From an uncultured delta proteobacterium (GTDB taxonomy: Bacteria; Desulfobacterota; BSN033; UBA1163), in contig CAVSVC010000052.1 of NCBI GenBank assembly GCA_963731045.1, positions 102,947 to 166,946 of the forward strand: a DNA stretch of 64,000 nt, given 5' to 3'. How positions within the stretch are numbered: the stretch's first letter is position 1; each line of letters opens with the position of its first letter. The notes beneath the pieces are model-generated. The model was not told the DNA's origin and did not search any database. It saw only the letters and a list, made by a program, of their open reading frames with translations. Shown piece after piece: positions 21,057 through 31,949 of this stretch. The translations under genes and the position numbers were made by a program.

Positions 21057-21287
21057 ATGGAGCACCAGGGAGCACCGGGTATTACCAACTCAAATCCGCA
21101 CTTTTCAGTGTATGCTCTTAAAACTCGACTTCACGAAGTAACACATGCGATGGAGTTGAAACCTTTTCCTCCCCGATAGCCAGATATCTTGCCAGTTGTA
21201 ACCCATCAAGAATGATTAGGAAAAGGCTCTATCTGACGTTAAAACCCTAACTCAGGCTTCAAAAAGGCAAGGTTATGCCGCCCACCG

Positions 21288-21322
21288 AAAAAAAGAGGGG
21301 GCTGCCTCGACCCCCCGTCTAA
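21288..21322 (-). terminator. intrinsic terminator (minus strand)
   Basis: Minus strand reads GGGGGGTCGAGGCAGCCCCC followed by TCTTTTTTTC, downstream of the 21477-21818 gene. Confidence 0.6.
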
Positions 21323-21476
21323 CGCTAACACAAGTCCTTACTGCCACATACTCTTCGGAGTTAATGACTACCAACGGAAAGAGTGGGTAAAAGCCGAGCA
21401 AAACAGGATCTTCTCGATTACCTTCACGAGAAATGTGGCTTGATAAGGTCTAATGCTCAATGTTTCATGTCGTTAT

Positions 21477-21818
21477 CTATGCCATTGCGTCGGGTTCTTC
21501 CTCATCTGGCTCCAGATCTTCCAAAATTGCTCTTGCCCTTTCCGCCTGATCCTTTCGGACCATCAGTTTTTGGTCGGGACCCTTGGGAACCGAGAATTCT
21601 CCGACAATATAGTACTCGATTCCCTCTTCGTCCAGTAAGGATTTAACGATCGCCACGACGCCTTCGTCCATAAATCCAAGCACTTCTTCAAAGTCAGCAC
21701 CTTCTGAAAGGATTTCTCTGGGAGGTGCCGGTGGCAATTCAGGCACCAATGTCGTTCCGCAATCCGAACAGACGGTAAAACCCTCTCGGTACTCGGTTCG
21801 GCATTCAGGGCAAAACAT
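21477..21818 (-). CDS. zinc-ribbon + DUF2007-like small acidic protein
   Basis: MFCPECRTEY..CSDCG zinc ribbon followed by an acidic C-terminus (EDLEPDEEEPD). The ATG at 21818 is preceded by AGGGGAA. Confidence 0.65.
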   Translation of the reverse strand: MFCPECRTEYREGFTVCSDCGTTLVPELPPAPPREILSEGADFEEVLGFMDEGVVAIVKSLLDEEGIEYYIVGEFSVPKGPDQKLMVRKDQAERARAILEDLEPDEEEPDAMA

Positions 21819-21847
21819 TGAGGTTCCCCTGTGTTCTAAGTATTTGC

Positions 21848-21900
21848 TTTGGGATGGGTCAAATATATAAAAACGGGAGTAGTATGTCAACAAAAATCAG
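21848..21900 (-). promoter_or_regulatory. sigma70-type promoter cassette copy 2 (TTGACA-N17-TATATT) upstream of zinc-ribbon gene
   Basis: Minus strand reads TTGACAtactactcccgtttttaTATATTtgacccatcccaa. It duplicates copy 1. Confidence 0.6.
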
Positions 21901-22062
21901 CATGCAGGATTAAGCCTTGACATTGTGGTTAGGTAGCTTAAGAGAGGTGGGTCCGCTTTGCCCTGAACGCCATACGGTGTAAGGCTTCGCTTGATCCACG
22001 TTACGATAGCGACATCAAATCTCGGGCACGAACCGGGCACGAGGCGTTGCTTCGCTCAGGTT

Positions 22063-22473
22063 TCAGTGTTCCTTCGGAAGCTCGCAGAGTTCGATGAGGA
22101 CGCCATTCGAGGATTTGGGGTGGACGAAGGCGACCTTCGTGTTGTGGGCCCCGGGCCGGGGAGTCTTGTCGATGAGGGTCGCTCCCTTTTCGATAAAGGC
22201 CTTCACCTCCGCCTCCACATCGTCCACCTCAAAGCAGATGTGATGGATGCCCTGACCTTTGGTCTCCAGGTACTTCGTCAGCGGAGAATCGGGTGCTGCG
22301 GGCTGGACCAGTTCGATGTTCGATTCACCGATCTTGAAAAAACCCACCTTCGTTTTCTGAGAGGTGACCACTTCAACCCCGGATAAGGTCAGCCCCAGCA
22401 CCTCTTCATAGAACTTTGTCGCCTCTTCAAGATTGTTAACGGCTACGGCAACGTGATTGATTTTTTTCAGCAT
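22063..22473 (-). CDS. mce: methylmalonyl-CoA epimerase (VOC/glyoxalase family)
   Basis: INHVAVAV..GQGIHHICFEVDD motifs are present. The ATG at 22473 is preceded by GGAGGAG. Confidence 0.85.
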   Translation of the reverse strand: MLKKINHVAVAVNNLEEATKFYEEVLGLTLSGVEVVTSQKTKVGFFKIGESNIELVQPAAPDSPLTKYLETKGQGIHHICFEVDDVEAEVKAFIEKGATLIDKTPRPGAHNTKVAFVHPKSSNGVLIELCELPKEH

Positions 22474-22641
22474 ATGAGACTCCTCCAATTTCGAAATCGA
22501 AGATCGCGCATCCCCCGCCTGACCCCTGCCTGCGGCAGGCAGGCCTTGAAAGGGAGGAAATGGCGAATTCCCTCGAACTCTGCAGAGAGGCAATGGGTTT
22601 TGTTTCTATGCTTCAGCCTTACGCCTTTCGCCTAATGGTGA

Positions 22642-23043
22642 CTATGCCGTGGTTTTAACGTTTTCGTGGATATATTTGATGATGTCTTCTGTTGAAGATC
22701 CCGGTTGAAAAATCTCCCGGATGCCCGCTTTCTTCAGTACCGGAATGTCATCGATCGGAACGATGCCCCCTCCGAAGACCAGGATATCTTCGGCCCCTTT
22801 CTCCTTGAGGATCTGAACCACCTTTGGAAAGAGATGGTTGTGGCCGCCGGACAGGCTGGAGAGACCGACAATATCCACTGCCTCCTGAATTGCGGCATTG
22901 GCAATCTGTTCGGGGGTCTGCCGAATTCCCGTATAAATGACTTCCATTCCAGCGTCTCTCAGGGCCCGGGCGATGACCTTGGCGCCCCGGTCATGGCCAT
23001 CCAGCCCTGGCTTTGCAATGAGTACTCGAATTTTTCGAGCCAT
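22642..23043 (-). CDS. methylmalonyl-CoA mutase small subunit (cobalamin-binding domain), copy 1
   Basis: [22 protein letters not shown] (DxHxxG B12-binding motif). The ATG at 23043 is preceded by AGGAGG. Confidence 0.9.
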   Translation of the reverse strand: MARKIRVLIAKPGLDGHDRGAKVIARALRDAGMEVIYTGIRQTPEQIANAAIQEAVDIVGLSSLSGGHNHLFPKVVQILKEKGAEDILVFGGGIVPIDDIPVLKKAGIREIFQPGSSTEDIIKYIHENVKTTA

Positions 23044-23057
23044 ACAGACCTCCTGCG

Positions 23058-23140
23058 CAACGAGCATAGAGCAGAGGGCATAGGGTCGAAACTAGAAGAC
23101 AGAATGTTTCTTCTCTATGCTCTATGCCCCATGCCCGATG
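23058..23140. repeat. intergenic inverted repeat with GCATAGAGCA/GGGCATAG-type arms (family also at 29031-29050 + 29181-29203 and 31811-31948)
   Basis: gagcatagagcagagggcataggg ... ctctatgctctatgccccatgccc, with an inner gaaac..gtttc palindrome. Confidence 0.6.
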
Positions 23141-23146
23141 CTTTCA

Positions 23147-24802
23147 TTAGCGTTCTCTGTGTTCTCCGAAGACCTCCCTCAAGGTGTCGGAAATCTCACC
23201 CAAAGAGGCATAGGCCTTCACTGCCTCCAGGATGGGCGGAACCAGGTTTTCCGTTCCGATCGCCGCCTTCTTGAGGATGGCCAGTGTCTCCTTTACCTTC
23301 GCATTGTTTCGCTCATTCTTGACCTTCGAAAGCTTCTCCCTCTGGTATAGCTCCATCTCGGGCTTAATTCGGAGAATATTCCGGAGGGGTTCTTCTTCGA
23401 TTTGAAACTGATTGATTCCGACAATGATCCGTTTCTTTGTTTCGATTTCTTTCTGGTACTGATAGGCACTGTCGGCAATCTCTCCCTGCATGTATCCTGA
23501 CTCAATGGCCTTGATGGCGCCGCCCATGTCTTCAATCTTCTGAATGTATTCCGTTGCCTTTTTCTCGATTTCCAGGGTCAGGGCTTCCACCGCATAGGAG
23601 CCTGCCAGAGGGTCGATGATGTCGGCAACGCCGCTTTCATAGGCAATCAACTGCTGGGTTCTCAAGGCGATTCGAACGGAGTCCTCTGTCGGAAGGGCAT
23701 AGGCCTCGTCCTTTGAGTTGGTGTGAAGGGACTGGGTGCCTCCGAGAACGGCGGCAAGGGCCTGGAAGGCAACCCTGACCACATTGTTATCGGGCTGCTG
23801 GGCCGTCAGGGAACAGCCCGCCGTCTGAGTGTGAAAACGCAACATACAGGAATCGTCTTTCTTTGCCTTGAATCGTTCCTTCATGATCTTTGTCCAGAGT
23901 TTCCGGGCGGCCCTGAATTTTGCCACCTCCTCGATGAAGGTGTTGTGGCAGCAGAAGAAGAAGGCCAGCCTGGATGCAAAGGAATCCACGTCCAGACCTG
24001 CCTTGATGGCAGCCTCGACGTAGGCAATCCCGTCGGCCAGGGTAAAGGCGACCTCCTGAACCGCCGTGCACCCGGCTTCGCGCATGTGGTAGCCGCTGAT
24101 ACTGATCGTATTCCAGCGGGGGGTCCTGTCTTTGCAGAAGGCAAAGAGATCCGTCACGATGCGCATCGATTCCAGGGGAGGGTAGATATAGGTGCCCCTT
24201 GCGGCGTATTCCTTGAGGATATCGTTCTGGATGGTTCCCTGGACAACGTCGGATTTGACCCCTTGTTTTTCCGCCACAGCGATGTACATGGCCAGAAGAA
24301 TGGCTGCCGTGGCGTTGATGGTCATCGAGGTGGAGACCTTGTCCAGTGGGATGCCGTCAAATAGGATCTCCATATCCCGAAGGGTATCGATCGCAACCCC
24401 CACCTTCCCGACCTCTCCCTCTGCCAGGGGATGGTCCGAATCGTAGCCGATCTGGGTTGGAAGATCGAAGGCGACACTCAATCCGGTCTGTCCCTGGTCG
24501 AGGAGGTATTTATAACGTTTGTTGGTCTCCTCCGCCGTGGCAAACCCCGCATACTGACGCATCGTCCAGAACCGGCCGCGGTACATGGTCGGCTGAACCC
24601 CTCGCGTGAAGGGGACCTCTCCCGGGAATCCCAGGTCACGGCAGTAATCCATCTCCTCAACGTCCACAGGGGTATAAAGGCGTTTCTCTTCGATGTGGGA
24701 AGTCGTTTCGAAGGAAGGTTCCCGCTCCGGGGACCTGGAGAGGGCCTTCTTCAGAGTTGTCTTTTCCCATTGCTCAAGTCCTTCTCTTATCTTTTTCGTC
24801 AT
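23147..24802 (-). CDS. methylmalonyl-CoA mutase large subunit (substrate-binding TIM-barrel domain), copy 1; Tyr/Arg active-site pattern
   Basis: ..[43 protein letters not shown].. retains the Tyr (GYDSD) and Arg (AAR) that specify methylmalonyl-CoA. GAGGTG lies upstream of the ATG. Confidence 0.9.
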   Translation of the reverse strand: MTKKIREGLEQWEKTTLKKALSRSPEREPSFETTSHIEEKRLYTPVDVEEMDYCRDLGFPGEVPFTRGVQPTMYRGRFWTMRQYAGFATAEETNKRYKYLLDQGQTGLSVAFDLPTQIGYDSDHPLAEGEVGKVGVAIDTLRDMEILFDGIPLDKVSTSMTINATAAILLAMYIAVAEKQGVKSDVVQGTIQNDILKEYAARGTYIYPPLESMRIVTDLFAFCKDRTPRWNTISISGYHMREAGCTAVQEVAFTLADGIAYVEAAIKAGLDVDSFASRLAFFFCCHNTFIEEVAKFRAARKLWTKIMKERFKAKKDDSCMLRFHTQTAGCSLTAQQPDNNVVRVAFQALAAVLGGTQSLHTNSKDEAYALPTEDSVRIALRTQQLIAYESGVADIIDPLAGSYAVEALTLEIEKKATEYIQKIEDMGGAIKAIESGYMQGEIADSAYQYQKEIETKKRIIVGINQFQIEEEPLRNILRIKPEMELYQREKLSKVKNERNNAKVKETLAILKKAAIGTENLVPPILEAVKAYASLGEISDTLREVFGEHRER

Positions 24803-25032
24803 TCTTTCACCTCATCTTTCGTAAGTCGCAAGGCGTAGGCGTGAGGGGTTTTAGACTCCTTCAACGACTTGCGACCGGTGCGTGCCCCGCAGGTCCCGGC
24901 TTTCAGGGAGGTCAAGGGGCGCAATATCATAGTGAGCTTACCTTACCGGGAAGCCCTTCAACACACTTAGGACCGTCGAACGGCCCCGCCCTTTAGGGTG
25001 GAGAGCTTCACTTGCCACTGACGACTTGCGAT

Positions 25033-26607
<1,575 letters not shown>

Positions 26608-26768
26608 AGAACCTTTCTCCCCTCGTCTGAGAATCAAATCAAAAAACCCAAAACCCTCCCCCCATCCCTGCCCCTCAAGGGGGCAGGATAAGAGTGGAAG
26701 GATGTCATAGTATATACATCAAATTCTTCTTCTACACCACAAGATTCCGACTGGAGTTCAGTCGTCCT

Positions 26769-27716
26769 TTATCGGTCCCTGAGTTCTTCTGCAATCAATC
26801 TCTCCGCGATCGAATAGGGATCCGCCCGCCGACTCGTCAATTCATCGAGGAGCGTCTCCCATTTCCCTTCTCTTTCGATTCTGCCGATCAAGCGGGCCAT
26901 CACTTCCGTTTCAAGAATCCCGAGAAAGGTGGTCCTTGCCTTTTCTCTCATTTTCTTTTCCAGTTTATTGTTCTTTTCCATCGTCTGCCTGTGGCGATGG
27001 ATTCCCTGGACCAGTTCCGCGATCCCCCTTCCCGAAATCGCCTCGGTTTTCAGAATCGGGACCTCCCAGACGGCCTCACGCCTTCTGCCCATTTCGAGAG
27101 CCATCCGCAGGTCCCTTTCCATCCTGTCCGCCCCTTCCCGGTCGGATTTGTTGATGACGAAAAGGTCTCCGATCTCGATGATGCCTGCCTTGATAGCCTG
27201 AATATCGTCTCCCAGCCCCGGAACGAAGATGACGATGGAGGTGTGGGCTGTATTCACGATCTCCACCTCGTCCTGCCCGACACCTACCGTTTCGACCAGG
27301 ACGATATCCTTTCCCATGGCATCCATGACATTGATCACATCCTGGGTGGACCGGGAGAGACCTCCGAGATACCCGCGGGTAGCCAGAGACCGGATGAAGA
27401 CCCCTTCATCGGTCGCGTGACGTTGCATCCGGATCCGATCACCGAGAATCGCACCTCCTGTGAAAGGGCTGGTCGGGTCCACAGCAACGATGCCCACGGT
27501 TTTCCCTTCCGTACGAAAGAAGTCCACCATCTTATCGACGAGGGTCGATTTGCCGGAACCCGGGGGACCTGTAATCCCGATGATATAGGCTCTTCCCGTC
27601 TTGGGATAGAGGTCCTTCAGCACCTCCATGGCGGAAGGGACCCCGTCGTCAATGTCCCGCATCAATCTTGAGGCGGCCCGGACATTCCCTTCTAAGATCT
27701 GTTCAGCAATACTCAT
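26769..27716 (-). CDS. meaB: methylmalonyl-CoA mutase-associated GTPase MeaB/ArgK
   Basis: GITGPPGSGKSTL P-loop, ..VETVGVGQ.., NKSD motifs. The internal ATG (MSIAEQIL) is taken as start. Confidence 0.85.
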   Translation of the reverse strand: MSIAEQILEGNVRAASRLMRDIDDGVPSAMEVLKDLYPKTGRAYIIGITGPPGSGKSTLVDKMVDFFRTEGKTVGIVAVDPTSPFTGGAILGDRIRMQRHATDEGVFIRSLATRGYLGGLSRSTQDVINVMDAMGKDIVLVETVGVGQDEVEIVNTAHTSIVIFVPGLGDDIQAIKAGIIEIGDLFVINKSDREGADRMERDLRMALEMGRRREAVWEVPILKTEAISGRGIAELVQGIHRHRQTMEKNNKLEKKMREKARTTFLGILETEVMARLIGRIEREGKWETLLDELTSRRADPYSIAERLIAEELRDR

Positions 27717-27840
27717 GACGATCACTCTTCGTTGATCCGGAAAATGAAACCTCACTCCAAGGAGCCACTGGAAAAAAGGCAGGGAGAACGAACTGCTCTG
27801 TGGCCTGGGGACGATGGCAGGGGCGTTGGCCGTGCGGATT

Positions 27841-29011
27841 CTATAAAGCCTTTCCTGGAACCCCGATGTGCCTTGCGATGACGATCCGCTGGACCTCCGA
27901 CGTCCCTTCGCCGATGTCCAGAAGTTTCTGATTCCGATAATGACGCTCCACAGCGTACTCCTTCATCAGGCCGTATCCGCCGTGAAGCTGAACCGCCTGG
28001 TTGGCTACCCGGTGGTACATCTCGGAACAGAACATCTTGGCCATGGCCGATTCCTTGGAGAAGGGCCGATGATGCTCGCACAACCAGCAGGCCTTGTAGA
28101 GGAGCAGCCTTGCCAATTCGATTTCAGTGGCCATGTCCGCCAATTTGAAGGCGTTGATCTGGAAGGAGCCGATGGGTCTTCCGAACTGCTCCCTTTCACC
28201 GGCATATTTCAGGGCCAACTCAAAAGCGCCCTGTGCTCCCCCCAATCCCATGGCTGCAATGCTCAGCCTTCCTCCGTCCAGGGTGGCCAGCATCTGGTGA
28301 AATCCATCACCCCGGCGACCGAGAAGATTCTCCTTGGGAACCCTGCAATCCGTAAAATAGAGTTCCCCGGTGTTGGAGGCCCTCCAGACCATCTTGCCGT
28401 GCATCGCCTTGGTTGTGAAACCCGGAGTCCCGTTCGGCACGAGAATACAGGAGATCTCGTTCTTCCCATCCTCCTGTTTTCCCGTGACGGCCTGAACCAC
28501 ACAGACTCCGCTCATCTCCGTGGTTGAGTTCGTAATGAAGATCTTGGACCCGTTGATGACCCAGTGGGTTCCCGTCCAGAGTCGCATTGGTTTTCGATGC
28601 TCCTGCATCGGAACCTGCGTTGGGCTCCGTCAGGCCGAAAGAAGCGAGGGTATTCCCGGAGCAGAGGTCAGGGAGCCATTTTCGTTTCTGCTCTTCACTT
28701 CCGTAATAATAGATGGGTGCGACTCCGAGGGAATTTCCCGCCGCCAGGGTGGCTGCTTGAGATCCATCGATCCTCGCGATCTCTTCGACCGCGAGGATGT
28801 AGGCGACGTAGCCCACATTGCTTCCCCCGTATTCCTCGGGGACGAAGGGGCCAAACAGTCCCAATTCTCCCATCCGTTTGGTCAGGGTGTAAGAAAACTC
28901 TTCTTTGTCGTCCAGTTCCTGGGCAATGGGTGCAATCTCTTTCTCGGCAAAATTGCGCACCATCTTCCTGAGCATCTGCTGCTCATCGGTCAGATCAAAA
29001 TCGAGTGCCAT
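27841..29011 (-). CDS. acyl-CoA dehydrogenase, frameshifted (~28575)
   Basis: N-part ORF 28307..29011 (MALDFDLTDEQQ..GSDAGASKTNATLDGN) and C-part ORF 27841..28608 (..HWVINGSKIFITN..YEGTSEVQRIVIAR). They join if one C of aaCCCac is removed. Confidence 0.8.
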
Positions 29012-29077
29012 GAAATCCTCCTAAACTGCATTGAGCATAGAGCAAAGGGCAGTCAGATGTCAATCTGAGAAACCTGC

Positions 29078-29176
29078 AACTGGAATAATGGAACAGTGGA
29101 ATGTTGGGTTAATCCAAGAATCTTTTAAAATCCGGAATCTCATCGGTTCCATCTTTCCAACATTCCATCTTCATTC
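29078..29176. repeat. octamer-repeat hairpin element (TGGAATAT-type), copy E1
   Basis: ctggaataatggaacagtggaatgttggg ... ccaacattccatcttcattcc. It is nested between GCATAGAGCA-type arms. Confidence 0.7.
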
Positions 29177-29204
29177 CCCTCGTCTATGCTCCATGCCCTG
29201 TGCA

Positions 29205-29787
29205 TTACTGTTCGTACGGAACCCAGTAATAGTCCAGCACCGTATTCGTAGGTTTTTTTGTTCTGAATTCGGCCTTCACCTTCATCCCGATGAGCGGCTC
29301 ACCGTAGAGGAGATAGCTCTTGGGGATCGTGGCCAATCCGGGGATCTCCACATCGATCTGCCAGTAAGGCGTCGAAAGCTCGATACCGATCCCTGCGTAA
29401 ACGACCTGAGTAAAGGCGTAGATCGTGCCGATCACCGGGTTGGGCAAGCGTCTTCCAGTTCATCTCCGTGTGGCAGTCGGGACAGTGGCCCCGGGGTGGA
29501 ATCCAGAGACGTTTTTCCGGGCAACGACCGTTTGGACAACGGGTGGCCATCAGTTTGCCCTTCCTCAATCCCTCAAAGAAAGGGGAAAGCATTCCGTAGG
29601 TATGAACATGGGTAATCGATCGGGGCCATTCGATCACCGTGGCCGGTTTGTCCTGTCGGATTTTCGTTACTTCCCCGGTAAATTTCGTTTCTTTCCTTTT
29701 GCTTGGCTGGGCTTTCTTCTTGACCGGAGCGATCTTCTTGGTCTTTGCCTGAACTTTTTTCTTTATCTCCACCTTTTTCTTTGCCAT
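29205..29787 (-). CDS. DUF35 OB-fold/zinc-ribbon protein (BbsA/SCPx-thiolase partner) with Lys-rich N-terminal tail; frameshifted (~29440-29460)
   Basis: ..RCPNGRCPEKRLWIPPRGHCPDCHTEMNWK.. (ORF 29299..29787) continues as ..PVIGTIYAFTQVVY.. in ORF 29205..29447. The break is at a CCC run. The N-terminus is MAKKKVEIKKKVQAKTKKIAPVKKKAQPSKRK, with AAGGAGG upstream of the ATG. Confidence 0.75.
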
Positions 29788-29809
29788 AAGGTTTTTCCTC
29801 CTTTCCCCT

Positions 29810-31181
29810 TTACCAGTTCTTTCTCAGGATGCCTACGGTCACATGCGAACCCACACCCGCATGAGAAACCCAGAGGGCCTGTTTGCCCGTTTCGGGGATC
29901 TGGAGACTCTGCCAGTCCTTGGGTTTCTCTTTGCCCCATTTCTTCCAGATCTTCGAATCACCGTGGAATTGATCATATTTCTGCTGCAATTGCCACAGAC
30001 ACTCGGCGGCCTGAAATATCCCGGTCGCACCTACGGCATGCATCGTTCCCAGAAGGCCGCCGGAAAGGTTGGAAGGGCATTTGCCGCCATAGTAGGCATC
30101 CCCGGATTCGATATAATCCTGCTCCTGGCCGTAAGGTCTGAGACCAATATCTCCATAGGTCTGGAGATCGCTTATGGTGAAGGCGTCGTGAAGCTCTACG
30201 AGATCCAGATCTTCCAATGGGTTTTGAATGCCGGCCATACGGTAGACCAGCCAGGCTGCAAATCGGGCCGCAAGGAAGCTCTCAAATCCGGGGAACCGGC
30301 TCCCTTTTTCAGTGAGGCTCCTTATACGTCTCCGGTGTCTCGTGGGGGAGTAAAGGAATTTCCATGGGGCGCCGGTCCGCCACCCGCAAGGTATGGGTGC
30401 CTCCGCAGATAAAGAGCTCACAGGGATGATCGGTTAATTTGTAGGCGGTCTCCTCGTCGCAGACCAGGGCACAGGCCGCCCCGACGCTCATGGCACAGCA
30501 TTCCAGAAACCGAAGCGGGTAAGCGGATATGGGGCTCTTCAGGACTTCCTCGACGGTGTGCTTCCCGGGTTGCTGGGCATAGGGGGAAGAACAGGCATAG
30601 AGACGGTTCTTGACGGCGATCTTGGCCCGTGTGACCTCGGAGACGTTGAAGGCCCAGGCAAACCGGTTGGCCATGGGGGCATAATAGGAAGAGTAGATCC
30701 GACCCAGACGGGTTTCAAAGTCCTTGCATGCCGCGGTGGAGATGTAGAAGTTCCCCGTACGGGTGTCGACCTCGTCCATCCGCTCCCAGCCGGCAGCCAG
30801 GGCCACATTGGCGTACCCGGAGGCAACTGCCATGGCGGCATTGAGTATCGTTGATCCTCCGGTCGCCCCGCCGGTCTTGATCCCCGTATTGTAAAGAGGA
30901 TCGAGCCCCAGATAGTCGTGGATCTTTGCCTCACAGAGAAGTTGATCCTGAAAATGGTCGGCAAACTCCCCGTAGGCCGCGTAATTGATCAGCCCCTTGA
31001 CCTCCAGGGGATCCATTTTGAGATCGTTGTCTTCGAGCAGGTTCTTGAAGGCGATCATCACCAGTTCTTCCAGTTTGTACTCGGGGAAAAATTTCCTGTA
31101 GGCGGTCGTTCCCCCGGCCACCATGAAGACCCTTCGATTCCACTTCGGGATTCTTAAGTTGCCTTCTTTGAATGTGATCAT
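29810..31181 (-). CDS. SCP-x type thiolase family protein (thiolase-like, DUF35-associated), frameshifted (~30330-30380)
   Basis: N-part ORF 30309..31181 (..MVAGGTTAYRKF..) and C-part ORF 29810..30421 (..FESFLAARFAAWLVYRMAGIQNPLEDLDLVELHDAF..GGLLGTMHAVGATG..). A 5-C homopolymer at about 30341 is the likely indel site. Confidence 0.75.
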
Positions 31182-31367
31182 GCCGGTCCCTCCTGAACTC
31201 GTAGTGGTGCCCCGTCACCCTGAAAGGTGTTTCCCCGTGGGCGTTCCCTTTCAGTCCCGACCTTCTGCTCCATAACTCATAACGCCGAACTTTACAACCC
31301 TCCCTTCTTCCCGAAGATCCGTCCGGGATTATCACGTTCGACATCTTGAACTCCGGAGTTCCAACTC

Positions 31368-31775
31368 TCATTGGCGCGGTTTTATGTTCTCCCTGCCCCA
31401 TTGAACTGCGGTGTCAATCGGTGTTCCCGGGGTGAAAACGGCCTTCACTCCGATTTGCCTGAGCCGGGGGATGTCTTCTTCGGGAATGATTCCTCCGCCG
31501 AAGACCAGAATGTCCTCTGCTCCTTCGTTCTTAAGAAGTTCAATCACCTTCTCGAAAACATCGTTGTGGGCTCCTGAAAGGATCGACAATCCGATCCCGT
31601 CGACGTCTTCCTGAATGGCGGTGGCGACAATCTGCTCGGGTGTTTGATGGAGGCCGGTGTAGATGACCTCAAAGCCTGCGTCCCGAAACCCCCGGGCAAT
31701 GACCTTGGCTCCCCGATCATGGCCATCCAGACCCGGCTTGGCGATGAGGATTCGAATCTTACGGTCCGAAACCAT
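31368..31775 (-). CDS. B12-binding small subunit of acyl-CoA mutase, copy 2
   Basis: [22 protein letters not shown] motif; paralog of 22642-23043. Confidence 0.9.
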   Translation of the reverse strand: MVSDRKIRILIAKPGLDGHDRGAKVIARGFRDAGFEVIYTGLHQTPEQIVATAIQEDVDGIGLSILSGAHNDVFEKVIELLKNEGAEDILVFGGGIIPEEDIPRLRQIGVKAVFTPGTPIDTAVQWGRENIKPRQ

Positions 31776-31810
31776 CGGTTTCACCAGAATCCCGGCATAG
31801 GCGCAAGGCG

Positions 31811-31948
31811 CATAGCGTCACAAAGCACAGAGCATAGGGCATAGCGGAATTTTGGGTTATCGAACTTCGGGTGATCGGATTTGTTTGAAATTTGATACTT
31901 GGGATTTGATGTCGTTCCATATGCTCTCTGCCCTACGCCCTATGCTTC
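31811..31948. repeat. intergenic inverted repeat with GCATAG(G/A)G-type arms
   Basis: gcacagagcatagggcatagcgg ... ccatatgctctctgccctacgccctatgc, flanking a TTGGG/GATTTG-rich centre. Confidence 0.6.
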
Positions 31949-31949
31949 T

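Noticed and set aside
26694-27671. 325-aa plus-strand ORF
   Set aside because: Antisense to meaB. Arg/Pro-rich nonsense composition.
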